Origin: Tubiluchus corallicola
Taxonomy: Eukaryota; Animalia; Priapulida
Assembly (NCBI GenBank): GCA_030141605.1
Contig: JAQGDQ010000283.1
Span: 236,321 to 300,320, forward strand
DNA length: 64,000 nt
Direction: 5' to 3'
The notes beneath the pieces are model-generated. The model had not been told where the DNA came from. It did not search any database and saw only the letters and a program-made list of their open reading frames with translations. This document shows positions 27,064-60,779 of this stretch, in pieces. The first letter of the stretch is position 1, and the number at the start of each line of letters is the position of its first letter. Both the position numbers and the translations under genes were made by a program.

Positions 27064-30000
27064 TTTTAGACACTACTACAACATAGAAATTACGATAAAA
27101 ACATAGAATTTTATGACATTTCTAAAAAATGCTACTGCCACATAAGACATAATAAAACGTACGAAGCTATTACGGAACGTTAAAATTTTAAGTTGCTACT
27201 GCAACAGAGCGCTGATATTCCATGTCGTGAATTCCAGGTCAATCTCGATGCATGTATGAATGCACAATTGCACATGTTATAATGCGCCTGTAGATTTATC
27301 TAGTCCCAAAGCTCGTATCAGAAACTAGATTTTTTCAAGATTTTTTTAAAATCAGAATTGATACTAAAAGGTCCTACGCGCGAGGTTACACTTTGTTTCA
27401 GCCCGTATCAAAATATGAGTTTTTAATGCTTCCATCGTGAAAGCTAGATACCTGGTTACATTAGAGTATAAGCTAGCTGCCACACATTAAATATGTTTTG
27501 ACTTACGCATTTTATTTACTATGCAATTTAATGGTTTGTTACAACTGTTTGTAGATTATTTGTAGCTGTGGATCACTTTTTGTAGCACACTTTATATAAC
27601 TTGGTATATTACCGTGGTATGGCTTGTCCACTAATTATGCATTCTTGTGACACAGCCTTGTGCTTGTGTTATTTAATATTATGTATAGAATTACAGGAGA
27701 TGGTGCAGCTTAATGGGTTGTTTTAATTGTGTGCAATTCTTAGACAAGATCTAGGCAGATTAAACTTGCATAATTGTCTCTCGCATTTGTTTTTGTAATG
27801 TTGCTGTCAAACTGATGATGATGACGACGATGATGATAACAATAAAATGCTACTTGCCAACAATTGTAGAAAGCGTTTGCAGGAGTCTTACCAAAAAAAA
27901 GGAAAGCTGGGAAGGAAGCAGAAGGCTTTGCTAATGTACAAAGTCATACAGGTTCTTTTAGTATCAATTCTGATTGAATTGTGAATTAAAAGGGGCTTAT
28001 ACCCTCAACAATCAAATGAAAAAAGCGAGCTATCATCGACTGGCACATTGTTTAATTGAATTCACATCAGTTTAAGCTAGACTTAGCTAGTGCTGCAAGA
28101 CTAATAATTAAGAAATTAATATAAAGTGTCTAAGTCGCTTTCAAAAAGTGAAAAGCCTGGACAACAAAAGGTTAACTTATACATAACAGGTTTAAGTTAC
28201 TGTAAACTGTCATCTATCTAAACGAAGAATTTGTTCATTTCCAGTTGCAGATGCTAAAATGTGTGTAACCAAATATGCGGCGGGAACAACTACTATACAT
28301 CCCTGGGTATAAGCAGTAAGCAAACGCGCATGCTAGTGATGAAAACGGTTAGTACTTTTGCCCTGAAGACTGTTGAAGCTCGGCGGAAAACTTTCTTAAT
28401 AAGAACACATCGCAAATTGTCAAAAAATTCGAGAAACCTATACGAACTATAAAAATCATCATAAAGGTTTCAAAACACTCATCGTTTTGAATGCCCAGAA
28501 AGCTACAAGTTCTTGTAGCAAAAAAACATTGTCGCTTATCAATGCACATGTCTCAGTTTTTACCAGCTTTTTCCAGGGCTCAAGAGTTTACAACTTTTCA
28601 GCCACCCACTGGTCAAGGCGTACAGTGACCAATGACCGCCGATTTAATCTGTGTTGATGTGTTGATCGTCTAGTACCACGTTCGTAAGCTCTTGTAAACA
28701 GCTGGAATTATATCAGCAGCACACAAGTTGAACGCTGCATGAAGCTATAATAATACATGCTATTATGCACAAGCGTGTATTACGTTCAATTTTATGAAAT
28801 GAAGACGAAAAAATTATTAATTTTCAGGGTCTATTCGGCGAACTTTACAAACACGAAAAAGGACAAACATTTGGACCTATCTCTAAAACAAAGCTGCAAT
28901 CGATGAACGGATTACCTTAACCAAACCTCAGCATAACTAAATATAACTATGGCAAAAGACATCGTTTCTAGGCTTCCTGGGTGAAACCGTCAGTAAGCCT
29001 AAAAGCAAGAGAACTTTCAACGAGTTAAAGAGTTAAAAAGTAGGCCACACATAAAACGTAGGCCTTGTTCATAAACTACTTACATATTATTAACTTTTTT
29101 GTAATTTTAAGCTTTCAACAGGTAACAGATTATGGATTTTTGTGTCTGCAAACCTTGATAATTTATAACTTTATATCTTAATCATTATTTTAAGCAATAT
29201 GCCTAGCGATCTCGGTTCAAAAGGCTCTCGCCGTCTTTGAATATCCAGTACGCACGGCAATGTCGAACCGTCGATGCCTTCAATGGCTCCGAAATAGTGC
29301 GGAATGCTAAAAATCAGTGGCTAATGAATACCTGCAGGGCTTTTCTGATATCAAGCAGCCTAGGCCTACACAAACGTCTTCAAGCTGACGCACACGCTTA
29401 CACAAATTAGTATAACATTGTAAAGAAAAAAATACATAAAATAAATTAAATAAATTACGTAAATTTTGCTACTCTCGATCAAGGGTGGCAATTAGGTTTA
29501 ATACCTGTATTAAATAGTACATCCTAGTACGGGTTATTTGTGATGACGCAAAGGGCAAATCTACGTAGCATTGAAACACTACAGACCATCTCATACGCAC
29601 TAATACTTCCTCAAATGGGACAAAAGTTTGACACTAAAGAGATGTACAGAGCTGGTTGCAGATACGAATTTACGATATTTGTTACAGTGGAAAATATGTT
29701 TATTTATAAAAGAATCGCACACTAACTCCAAACCCTGGAAGCAAGTTTTGAATGTAATCGCGCAAGTTTTCGTGGTATCCCATTACGCAACTTGCGTCGC
29801 TGTTTATTTTTTCAGTTTAGAAATGTTTCAAAAAGTTGAGCAAAATAGGTATTTGGAACGAGACAATGACATTTGCCACATACAGGCTACAGTTTAATCA
29901 GTGATGGTTTACTGAGAGAAATCGATCAGTTTGGATCGTATTACAACATTTAAAAACTTCTCGTATGTGGCACAAGTCGCACAGCCCATAGATAGGAATA

Positions 30001-33000
30001 AATTGGATAGGTTTGGACTATGATTCACGTAGATCGTTAGTCTAAGACAGTAAAGAAACAACTAACCGCAAACCGAATCGAGTGACTAACAAAAAATAAG
30101 CACAAATTAATTTGCTGATAATTTGGATTGGAGTCAACTTTAGATCAAGATGAATCTACAGTAAGGCTAGAATTTAGCCCAGAAAGCGGGCTTTACTGAG
30201 TAGTGCGCTAAGTAAAACAAGGCAACTGTCCAGGGAAGGCTTAACATTTGGCATTGCATAATTCAGAAAAGCAGTTTCTCACGTTCAAATACAGAAAGGT
30301 GCTATAGAATGAAAAAGAAAGAAAATCCGGTTTATGACGTGAACTTTTTCAGATAAAAGCAATATAAAACAACTTATCAACAGGCATGCGGATATGGATT
30401 TAATATGCTAAAAATACCATTACACCTTAAATATTTCTCACTGCTAGTATAAAATAGGAAGCAATCGGGCAAGGGCAAGTGTTCCCCCAAATTAAGTGAG
30501 AGTGTATATTGTTATGTGTTTGTCTTGGTTATTAGCTCTACCCCTCCAGACTAAAACACAGACTTTTGTTTAAAACACAGACAAAATGTTAAAATCGCAA
30601 TGTTAAAATTCCTGAAAAGGGAAAGACGTAGAATGTGAGGCAGACTGAAAGTGGAACGCAACTTGTGACGTAACTATTTGCTGAAGTCAAATCCGATTCC
30701 TCAAAGTTTCACATTTTCGCCTGCTTTCGCTTGTTGATATAAATTACGAATTACTGATGAATGAAGAAAAACTTATGTGGGGCTGTAATATTTTGACAGT
30801 AATTACCGTGTAAAGGTTACAACACGGTAAAAAATCTCACCTGTAAGGTTAGTAACACGTGGATAACTTGTAAGGTTAAATAATAAATATTCACGCAGAC
30901 GTCTTCCACACAAAAACTACTGCAATCTGTTCCCGAGATAAACGGATCGCTATAACGTAACTGTTTTTGTCGTAGATGGGAGCAACGTACGCAGAGTTAC
31001 AGAAATACGTTATCTAATCTGTTATGATGGCTTAATTAGACAAATCTGTGAAATGGGCAAATAGGTTGATCAAGTACAGCATACACAGAAACGCGTGGAA
31101 ATAACAGTTATTGTAACTGCTAAAAACTTACACGGTTAAGGAAATAAGATGCAAGTACGTGCTGAGTAGGTAAAAACATGCACGTGTCACGTTTGTTTTA
31201 GAATATTTTAAATAGATCTAATAGCAGTTAGTGGTTGATTGAATTAGGGTATTCAATGTAATACTTAAGGAGTGGAACAAATTTTCTTACTTGTGGTATT
31301 ATCCACTAATGTATAACTTTTCTCAGTTGTTTCTATTTTGAAATTCGGCACCGCCCACATTATGGAAAAGATGCTCTAGTAAGGTCGTGCTCCATTCATG
31401 GTACAAATAAAGACATCATTTAAAGCTTTAAAAACTTGCCATCTATACAGCCACTGAAGATGCACACGCAAAATAGAAGGTGTATGCCATGAAAAACATT
31501 AAGCACGAAATAAAACCAAAATGGTTTAAGATACAAATTTTGCTGTTTGGCTCACACATTTCACATATTGAACTTTTTAATGTTAACCATAGTTGTCATT
31601 TTTTCGCAAATAGTTATCAAGTAAAGGCATTGTCTATTTCATACAGAGGAACTTTCGGGAACACACCCCGAAATATCAATATCATTAAAATATTTGATTT
31701 TAACATATATATATACCATTTACGTAAATGCATTCTAATTATTGCGCGTAGGCTAACTTTAAATTTCCAATCACAGAATGATCTTATTCAGTCTATAAGT
31801 AACCCTGTACAGCCTGATTAATGCTTAACAACTATTTGAAGCAAGTTACGCTAATTATAACATGATAACTTAATGCAATTCTTATCAAAACTTCACAAGT
31901 TTCAGAGTTTCAGCATATTAGTGCTTTTTTAAATCGATTTTGTCTGCTGTACTTTGTTGTAACAGGTGTGTTATTACGATACGGCACATGTTGCACGTAT
32001 TAAATTAAATTGAAAAAATCTGTGTAACGTATTCATTTTGTTTCCACTTGCATTTCATTTTCATCTTTATTTCCACTTGCGATTCAATTTCATTAATTTC
32101 ATTACACAAGCAACAGTGCAAAAAAATCCAATTTAGTGCAGCTTAAAAATTACAGGATTGCCAATTATCCACTAAGTCTATTCTGTAAACTATAAGTCAT
32201 CAAACGAGCGCTAGTGCTGAGTGCTAAATAAATAACTACTAAACAAACAAGCCTTGCATCAGTCTGGCAGAGTGAGAAAGACTAACTAACTTGATATGCA
32301 AGCTGTTTGTCAGGAAAAAGCAGCTGTAGCTACATGTGCAAGACGGCTACCTAACATCATGTAATACCCCAGAAATATGAGAAACCATACTCACACTCTT
32401 CTGGCGGGATTTCAGAGGCTGTCTTTGTCGTAACGTAGCGCTTCTGATAACCACTGTCGCCCAGACTAAACAGAGAGAAACAGTCACTAAATGGGGGTTA
32501 AAACAACATCAAATCTCACTTAAAACAATTACTTCAAGTTCACTAGCTCAACTAATTGGTGAACTAAATCAATACAAACTCGGGTTTTCGCATCTGGAAG
32601 TTATAATGATTTTACGCCTGTGAAACTGTGGAAGCCATTAATTTTCAGAAAAGAAACCAGACAGTAAGGAAAATTAAATTAGCCTCAAAAATATGTTTCA
32701 AAAATCATACCTGTTAAAGCCCATAACCGACAATTCATATTCGGTGTTGCGTTCCAAACCTCGAACAACAAACACTGTAGCATTGTGAGGTAGGACGTCT
32801 ACATAATGATACTGAGGTGATTCTGTCCAACGATATCTCACCCTAAAAGCTTGCTTTAGACCTCCATCAAAACCAGGTGTCCAGGCAAGCTTAATAGTGC
32901 TGTATGTTTTGTCAATGATGGCTATGTCCGTCGGTGCATCAGGACGACTAGTTGCTGTCAATTTTACTGTCGTCTGATCCATACCCAAGTCATTTGAAGC

Positions 33001-35748
33001 AGTGCAGGTATATTCACCATGATCTACGTGGTTCACAGTATGGATCAGGAGTATGCTTTCATAATAGGTCTTATCATACTGAGTGAACTCGATATCAAAT
33101 TTCCGCCAGGTGGTGTTGACTTTTGCTCCTGCACGAGACCAAGAAAAGGTGATGCTGGGTGAACCTTGGGCAATACAGTGAAGACGAGCCGTTTCTCCAT
33201 TTTCACTTGCCGCTTTGGCAAACCTTGGTGAACGGTCAATCTGAGGTTTAAATTGAACAATCAGTTCTAACTGAGCCATATCGTGCTCACCAATTCCATT
33301 AAAAGCAGTACAGACAAACATTCCGGAATCCTCCTTCCTAGTGCTATCTATTGTTAACGAGGATATCAATTTGTTGATGCCAAGATTGACACGAGACATA
33401 TCATAGTTTTCCCTTGACCATGTTACCAATGTATCTGTCACAGGATTAGCTTCAGTATAACATTCTAAAAGAACTGGCTGACCTTGATCAACAATAACAG
33501 GGGAAGTCACCTTTGTAATTTTCGCTGGATACATGACATTTATCTTTATATTAATTGTTCTAGCTCCTTCAGAGTTTTTGGCTTTTAGGGAATATTTGTT
33601 TGTGTCATTTTTGTAAACATGCAGAACTTTCAGTACGTTGTCTTCAACATTTATATGATCCTCTCCCAGACCACCGCGAATTTCTGTGAACTTCTCTCCG
33701 TCCACTGACCATGAATACTTAACATCTGATGGATTAGCAATAGCACTGTAGTTTACAATTAGTGGAGCTCCTTCAACAACATCTATCTTTTTCGGAATGG
33801 CATCATCAAATATGGGTCTGAACAAAACATTTAAGGTGACAGCCTGGTGTGTACTCTGTTCCAAAACTGCATTTCTAGCTTTACAAGTAATCAAAGCCTG
33901 GTTGTCCTCATGAGTAACATTTATAGATAAGTAGCTTCTTGTCTTTTTCCCTCCATAATCACCGTCATAGGTGCCATTAGTAATGCCTTCAAACTCTGTT
34001 CCACCCTTAAACCACGTGATGGTAGATGCAGGATTACTGCTGCTAGACTCACAAAATATTATGGCATGTGCACCTGCTTTCAGTTCAGGGGGATTTATTG
34101 AAATCTCTACTGCATCTGGTGGAAAATCAACAGTTAGTCGTACCTGAGCCTTCAGTGGCTTCTTTGTTGCTGTGTTGCTTGCTGTACATTTATAGCTAGC
34201 ACCATTGTCACTAGGAGCTGTAACAATGACAATTTGTGATGAGATGACATTTCCTGTCTCTTCAACATGCACGTTATCTCCGGTGAGTTCCTCATTACCT
34301 TTGTACCACTTCACATCAGCAAGTGGGTTTCCACCAACTGCAACACATGTCAGCCTTTGCAAGGTCTGAGAACGAATAGAAGTACCTTCTGAATATCCAA
34401 GAATAGTGGGTTGCTCAGGGGGATAAAGGACACTCAAATCTTTGGTTTCAGTCATGGTATTTCCTAACTGCATTCCAAAACATTGAATAATGACATTTCT
34501 TTGTTGTCTTGTAACTGAAATTGTTATTTCTGATTCAGTAATGAAACCACCTTCTTCTGATGGTATAACCTCGTGTGTTTTAACTGTCACTGCACGACCA
34601 TCTGCGACCCAAGATAATTCTGTAGGTGGATTACTGTGAGCTGATGTGCACTTCAGTGTTATATTTTCTCCAATAGCTGCATCATCAGGTCCTGTTATTG
34701 TCAGTTGTTCTGGTGGAAAAAACACTTTCATTTGCACATGAGCAACAGTGGGAACTGTTTGGACAATATTTGTAGCTTCGCAACGAAACACAGCTTTATT
34801 GTCAGACGGCTGTGCTACAAACTCAAATACATTTCTTGATAGCCTATCACGCTCTGAAGTTTCGTACTTGAAGTCAATGCTTTCGCCGTTTTTGTACCAT
34901 TTCAGATCGGCGAGAGGGTTACCACCATACGAAGTACAAATAAGAATCACTGTATCTCCTTGACGTACATGTTCCCCCTCTGTGTAGCCTGAAATGCTAG
35001 GTGGACTTGGAGGAAACTGAACATTTACAAAAAGAGATGTCCTCATAGGAAGTTCTAAAGCTGGACTGTGAGCTTCACAAGTAATTTCAATTCCATTGTC
35101 TTGCTCAGTTGCCTCAAAAAGCAATGTACTTCTAGCATCCTCAAGCTTTGCATTTGAGTTTTGTATAGCATGATCTTCTATAAAGTACCAAACATTGTTC
35201 GTTATCTGATATGAATTGCTATACCATTTTAAAGTAGCTGCCGGTTTACCATTATTGGAATTACATGTAAAGTTTCGCTGATCACCAGGTCGCATCACAA
35301 TCCACGTGCCATTTCGAATGGCTTCAATTTCTGGCACTTCTGGTGGTAAGAGGATGCTCAGCTTTGCAGTAGCTGAAAGCTGAGGACTTGATGGTGTCCG
35401 CTGAACTTGACATTGATATGAAGCATCATCACTTAAATCAGCATTGACAACTTGTAAATCAAATTGTCCATTTTGTTCATTTACAATCATTGAGTATCTA
35501 GGATAACCAGGAATAGAATAAACATATCCAAATCCAAAACCATCCTTTGTCCATTGGACTTGTCCTTGTCGATTGTCAATTTCACACTTAAGTATTGCTG
35601 TATGCCCTCGTACGACACTAGTGTCAGACGGTGTTGTTCTAAACACTTGCTGTGTTCTACCGAGCCCCAACAACATATACATCCAAAAAAACAAAAGTAA
35701 TTGGCAAAAAACAGGCCAATGACTCAAGTTAATGTTTACCGCGCACAT
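22415..35748 (-). CDS. NPHS1: Nephrin/SYG-2/Sticks-and-stones-Hibris-like cell adhesion receptor (signal peptide, 9 Ig, FN3, TM, cytoplasmic tail), 5 exons, 1344 aa
   Basis: Exons: 35748-32711 (signal peptide, 9 Ig domains with a Cys-less Ig7, most of FN3; donor AG|GTATGA); 32465-32395 (SLGDSGYQKRYVTTKTASEIPPEE); 25879-25736 (TM IPLIIIVSVCIAGAILLAFNIVLIIYFI-RRRKQKK); 23574-23182 (AVVETESKSNTVEMYSH...); 22803-22415 (proline-rich, ends SLDV*). All introns are GT-AG with consistent phases 2,1,1,1; total 4035 nt. The architecture is diagnostic of the nephrin/SYG-2 family; the symbol denotes family membership, not proven orthology. Confidence 0.92.
23637..24200. repeat. 281-bp tandem duplication (two copies, about 4 substitutions) in nephrin-like intron 3
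   Basis: 23637-23917 is repeated at 23918-24198 (aacatataagtaatatatg...gagagtattgtt). Confidence 0.95.
24786..25090. repeat. (CT)n microsatellite and long polypyrimidine/polypurine tract
   Basis: Perfect (CT)n to ~24858, then degenerate C/T-rich sequence. Confidence 0.92.
26886..27060. repeat. Compound microsatellite (GATA/GACA)n(TA)n(GA)n
   Basis: Directly visible. Confidence 0.95.
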
Positions 35749-36429
35749 TTTGTAATAAGAAAAAGCGCAAGAACTCCAAAACGTTTCAGTGTCTAGTATT
35801 TGAAAGCAGAATTATCGCACGTAAAAATCCATTATCTGACTGAATATTACTAAAAAATAAAAACCGTTTGCAAGGGATTATAATCGTACAGCACAGCGTC
35901 ACAAACAACAATCTTCTTTACAATAACATCACACACACTAATCTCTTGGGACAACAGTTTGACAACTACACGAAGCCACAAACCAATAACACGTCTCCAT
36001 CAATCGTCTGATAGAGGCATCACACTCGCTGGTGACTGGTTGTTCTTGTTCGCGGCTAAAAAGTTTTCTTTACTTGAGTAGGCAGTGCTGGCACCTACTG
36101 CATTTATTGCGAAATTACTTGTCTCGCGAATTCTCGGCTTGCATGTTCAAAACGAAGTAATGGTGAAACACAAAACACATGAAAATGTAAATAAGTTTAT
36201 CGAAATTTACTTTGACGTTCTGTTTGAAGAATGACTACGTGATTTGTCCTTCTGTAGCATATTTATTGGTCAATACTTGCTAAGTGTTTGTGACTTTGCT
36301 AGCTGTAAGTGTGTTACGATTATGTTTTTTTATTGAATTGAAAGTATTGTCACTATTGTCGTATTGATTAGAAAGCTCAACTTGATAATTTTGACATTAT
36401 AACTGGCTCGAACAACTTTTTGTATGCAT

Positions 36430-38270
36430 ATAATAAAGCACTTCCCCTTGGCTAATATTATTAAAGCAAAAACTCGTATACGCAAGTTATGGACAAAATG
36501 GAACTATTCTAATCTTAACACGGCGTTCATGCTGAATATATTCACTGCTCTCAAGAATTGAAGTCAACTCTACATTCTGCTCTTTTACGATATGAGTAGT
36601 ACCTTGCATCACGTCTAAGTAAAAACGGTAAAGAGTTTTACTGTTTTACTTACAGTAAGCACTTAAACCTCCTCACCGTATTAGTATTACTACTATTACT
36701 ATTACTATTAGTATTAATAATCATCGTCATTTTATTACTAATCCTATTACACTTGCCAGTAATGTCAATTATTCTTTTGCTTCTTTCTGTACTAATAAAC
36801 CTGATGACGGTCCCTTACCAGCTCCCTTATTTTGGAATAATTATAGTATCTCTATCATTACATTGAGTTCACTATGAATGATGTCTATAATGAACTTTCT
36901 ATGCCTAAACGTTTTAAAGCTGTTGGCCCAGATAATGTTTGTGGTTTTCTGTTAAAATTGTGTGCCTTCTTTGCTTCTCTTTCCTCTGTTTCTTAAGTCT
37001 TTGGACTATGTATTATCCCTCAAGACAGATTGGATTGCAATGTAACTTCTGTTTAAAAAAACCTGGTGCCAATTTAATGAGTGATGAATTACTGCCTATT
37101 TCTTTGTCCTTTATTGTTTGTAAGTGTCTTGAATCTATCTTGTGGGATGACATATTGTTATCTTCTGGCCAATTTAGTGGTAATCAACACGGTTCATTAC
37201 CACAGCATTCCGCTGTGACATATCTTTTTGATTGCCTAAATGAACCTTTGATGAACCTTCTCTCCCATCAATTGGCACTCTTTTCATTGATTTTAAAAAG
37301 GTATTTGATTTTGTTCCTCTTCGTTGCCTCTTTTCGAAAATGGAATCCGTAGATACAAGAGGTAAACTACTTCAATGATTTTAACATTTTCTAACTCACA
37401 GATGTCACTGAGTAGTTTTAAATGGCATAACTACTTCCTGGAGAAATGTAACCTGTGGCTTTTTCCCCAAAGGACTATGTCGGAACCATATTGTTTTCTT
37501 ATTTTTGTCAGTGACATTACTGATTGTGTATCCCCTAACATGCATGTATCACTATTTGTTGAGGATATTAAACTTTATTGTTCAATTAGAAATACCTCTG
37601 ATCAAGAGATACTACAAGCAGCTCTGTGTGAAATTGAACGATGGTGTGACATCTGTTAATGTGCCTTACATGCAGTAAATGCAGCACACTTTGTAATCGT
37701 TCTAATTCTGCAGCACTTTATTACCTGAGAGATTGTATACGAGTTTGTAATTTTAATCTCAAATAACCTGAAACGGAACTCTCATAATGAGCATATTATT
37801 TCTCACGCTTGTAAATGCATTGGAGTGATAAAACACTGCATTTCATCACAGAGTGCAAAAGTTATTTTACTCTGTACAAAGCTGTAATTAGACCAATACT
37901 TGAGTATGCATACATTGTTTAGTCAAATTTCTCTAAAGAATGCTTTAGAAAGAACTCTATGGAGATGTATTAGTCTGGCCTCTGATATTCAACCAGACTC
38001 CGTATCTTCTCTCGAGCAATGCCATAATACTATAGATCTTATTAACTGTTACAAAGTCATCAGTGGTGATTCAATGTTGTGTAGTAATAAATTTTTTAAG
38101 ACCACTACCTGATTTACATGGAGACATCAACATATTATTATTTGTTCAATAATCGCACACTAATGTCCGAGCCCACTTCTCATGTTGTGAGCCCTTGGAA
38201 TTCATTTAATAGTGAAATTGATGAAGCATCAAATCTGGCTTCAACAAAAATCGTTGAATAGAGATCTTCA
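36430..38270 (+). mobile_element. Degenerate CR1-like non-LTR retrotransposon (ORF2 reverse-transcriptase remnant)
   Basis: Decayed RT motifs in the correct order across frameshifts: KAVGPDN (~36915), LPISLSFIVCKCLESI, NQHG, FIDFKKVFDFVP, PQRTMSEPYCFLIFVSD, LFVEDIKLY (FADD-equivalent), LYKAVIRPILEYA (~37870). Boundaries are approximate. Confidence 0.85.
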
Positions 38271-38559
38271 AAAACTATGTTATGGGTTTCTTAGACCTCG
38301 CAAGCAAATTTTGCAAACCAGTTAGCTGTAACCTATTAAGTATTTTACGAGCACCTCTAATTCTTTCTAAAAGCTGTTCAAAGTATTTTGTGTAATCAAT
38401 AAAAACAGTATTTAAGCAAAACTGCAATAGTATAATTGTTTACTGGCTTCATTTCTCATTGATTTATTTCGTCATATGTAAGCCAAAACATCTTGTATAA
38501 ACAATTACAGCACTGCCACATTATTGCGTATTGACACGACTTGTGTATTGATAGTCTGA

Positions 38560-38798
38560 CGGTGCATCTCATTCTTCGAGTTATCAGACAGAAAGCAAAA
38601 TGTCCGCTGTTGTACCATGTTCGCTGTTTACCATCAGCTTTTTTTCGGAATAATCGGCTTGCTTAGTATAATTTTCACTAAATACGGCAGTTATTGAAAA
38701 AGTAACTTCGGTATACCGAAAGTACACGGAACTTTTAGTGATTACAACCAAAGTTCACTGCACTGGATTTTTGTACTGATATTCAGGGAAAAAATTTG
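38560..38798 (+). other. Probable non-coding 5' UTR exon of the ACK gene
   Basis: Strong donor TTTG|GTGAGT at 38799. The first coding exon is preceded by an acceptor (TTTTTTAG|TCCAAAGATG, exon start 39292), so an upstream exon is expected. The 5' boundary is a guess. Confidence 0.4.
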
Positions 38799-39298
38799 GT
38801 GAGTCGAATATTTGGCATATACCTAACTCCATACCTTTAAAGGTGAAAACTTGAGTCCCATTGCTGGACTTTTAGGGTGACATGTGTGTGCTCAGTTGTA
38901 GTGAATGCACAAATAGGCAGGTGTAATCAGCGAGTGAACAGCGAAAAAACAAATTTTAATGCAATCACTTTGTGTGTAAATGCTAAGTTAATGTCCATTT
39001 CACTTTGATTCCATGATTAAGTATAAATGTTCTGTAAGATGAATGATGTGTAGGGGAAGGCAGTAATTATTCACTAAAAATACGAGATACGAGTGTTATC
39101 AGTGATTATTATTAACCTGCATAAAACATTAGCATCAGTATTATAGTTCCTTATTTGTGTCTGGTACTAACGTGTGCACGAAAAGCACTGGCAGGCTAGA
39201 GTTAATGTTGTCAGTATGCTGTAAATTATAGTGTATCTTAGTTTTTGACCAATTTTGATATGTGCTACAAGGTGTTTACTTTCTTTTTTAGTCCAAAG

Positions 39299-58758
<19,460 letters not shown>

Positions 58759-60165
58759 TGAATTTTATTCTTACAACAACATTGTATGTAAATAATATTG
58801 TATACATATCGAGATCAATGGATATTTTTTATCATTACGCATACATTAAGCATATTTAGTTTTCAAACTATGTACTTCTTTTTTCTTTACAGTTTTAATT
58901 ACAAATACCTTTATTGTCTGTTGCACTATTTTATGATGTGTAAAGTAATGTATAAAACGATAGATTAGCATTTTGCAATAAGACATATTTACAAGAGTCG
59001 AAGTTGCATCAGACCTTGCTAGCAATATTTGTTTGTTTAAATTGCTCTTACAAACGACTTTAAAATACGTAGCAGTATGATCATAGCAAATGCGATTTTA
59101 GTGTACTAAACTCATTTAAATTTTGTCGTTTATCAGGGTCTACTTTTATATTGTACTATAGTTGTTTACTGTTAAACTGTATCCTAAATGTAACTTTCAA
59201 GATTTGTTTGTAAAGTTGTTGCATTAGACTAACTTTGTTACTTTGCAATGGGAAATTCAAATGTACACCAAATTTATTCATAGTATTGTAATAGGTTGGT
59301 GGATGTAAATTCCAGCAGGTATACCCTAAGAACTTTTAACTTGTAAATTAAATTGCTATTGAACTGTTGTTTGTGAGTACACACACGATAGATGATAAAC
59401 TATAATGTAATCAATGATTGTAATGTTATTCTTTACAGACTGATGGAAGGCATAATGTATTAATATTCTGTATTGTGTTTGAGTTATTTGTTGCTTTTCT
59501 CTTTTGGATGTTTGGAATTTACTTGATCATGTGCCAATTTTTTCATCTTAGTTTGCAACAATTGGTTATTGAGCAATTGTGTGTAACAATTCTTTTACAG
59601 AGCAATTCAATTAAAAAGTTGTATTCAAAGCAGTTTCAAAGTACAAGGTGGAAAAAATAACGTATTTTTCCTAGTCAACTACATAAAAGTGTTGTAACAG
59701 ATACTCAAAACGAAAAACTTTACATTGGATAGCTCTTCTAACAGGCATCGGTTCTAACATTTGATAAAACTAATTAAGATCAACATTGTGTAAAACTTTC
59801 ATCCGATTTTTTTAATTGAATTTTCTGTAATATTACTTGATACATGGTAGTGTTTTCTGTTATTTTTAATAATTTCTCTATTCTTGAAATAACAAGATGC
59901 TCCGTGCAAAATGCTGGTCATTGGAGCGTAATCTCAGCTAGAAATATGATTTCTGTTTTGTGATAATAGATTAATTCTGTTTAATGTTCCATAGTCGCAA
60001 TGCTTATCTCATTAAGGCAATTTGTTGTCTTTATTGGAGTCCATTTTAGTTTATTGTTTGGTCAACTGTAGAAACGTATTTTATAATTGTAATTTTGTTA
60101 TTAGTTTATAGTGATCGTAACTTATTATTGTGTACCACTTATTGTTAAATTATATAACTTACGGT

Positions 60166-60171
60166 AATAAA
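60166..60171 (+). promoter_or_regulatory. Candidate polyadenylation signal of the ACK gene
   Basis: AATAAA about 1.4 kb after the stop, followed by T-rich sequence. Further AATAAA hexamers occur near 60682 and 60702. Confidence 0.4.
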
Positions 60172-60779
60172 AATTTATAATAGGGTTATAAAAAACAGAT
60201 CCATTTTTTGACCCTTGAGCACTAACTATGATATTTTTTCTGTTTTCACTGATCATTCTTAAGATTAATTTGCTTCTGTTTTTCATGATAATTAGTTGTT
60301 TCTTTCAATCAGTGGTGCTTTTCTTGCACAAATACGTGAAATCGTGTGGCCGAATTCAGATAGGCCGTCATTAGAACAATGTAATGGCATTGCATATGCT
60401 ACATGCCGCCTGTAAATACAAACGTCGCTTGTGTATAGAAGTTAGTTTTATATGAAATGCTGTTATGTACTAACAGCAGTTTCATGTTATTCAAGTGTGT
60501 AGTTTAGTAAATCACACTAATGTAGACATTTTTCAATGTTTCTGCATCATTGGTTTTAGTTATTTAAACTTGAATGCTTATTCTTACTAGCAGTAAGAAG
60601 TCTGTTACTTTGTTATGTTAAAATCTGCTATTTTGCCTTTTACTAAGTGTTTAATGTAATAAATTTATGCGATTTGTAAAAATAAATTTGTGTAATGGCA
60701 CAATAAAATTTGCATGCAAACGCATAATCACATTTTCTTAGAATGCAGTAGTTTATCATACAGTGTTACTTTTTCCGTT

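Noticed and set aside
31291-31380. Possible extra nephrin exon (…AVPNFKIETTEKSYTLVDNTT|GTAAG)
   Set aside because: The donor is good but I found no acceptor in the required phase 1. The model is complete without it.
32698-32710. Secreted, TM-less nephrin ending ...FNRYDF*
   Set aside because: This is read-through into the intron past the donor at 32710. In-phase downstream exons supply the TM and tail, and nothing supports an intron-retained isoform.
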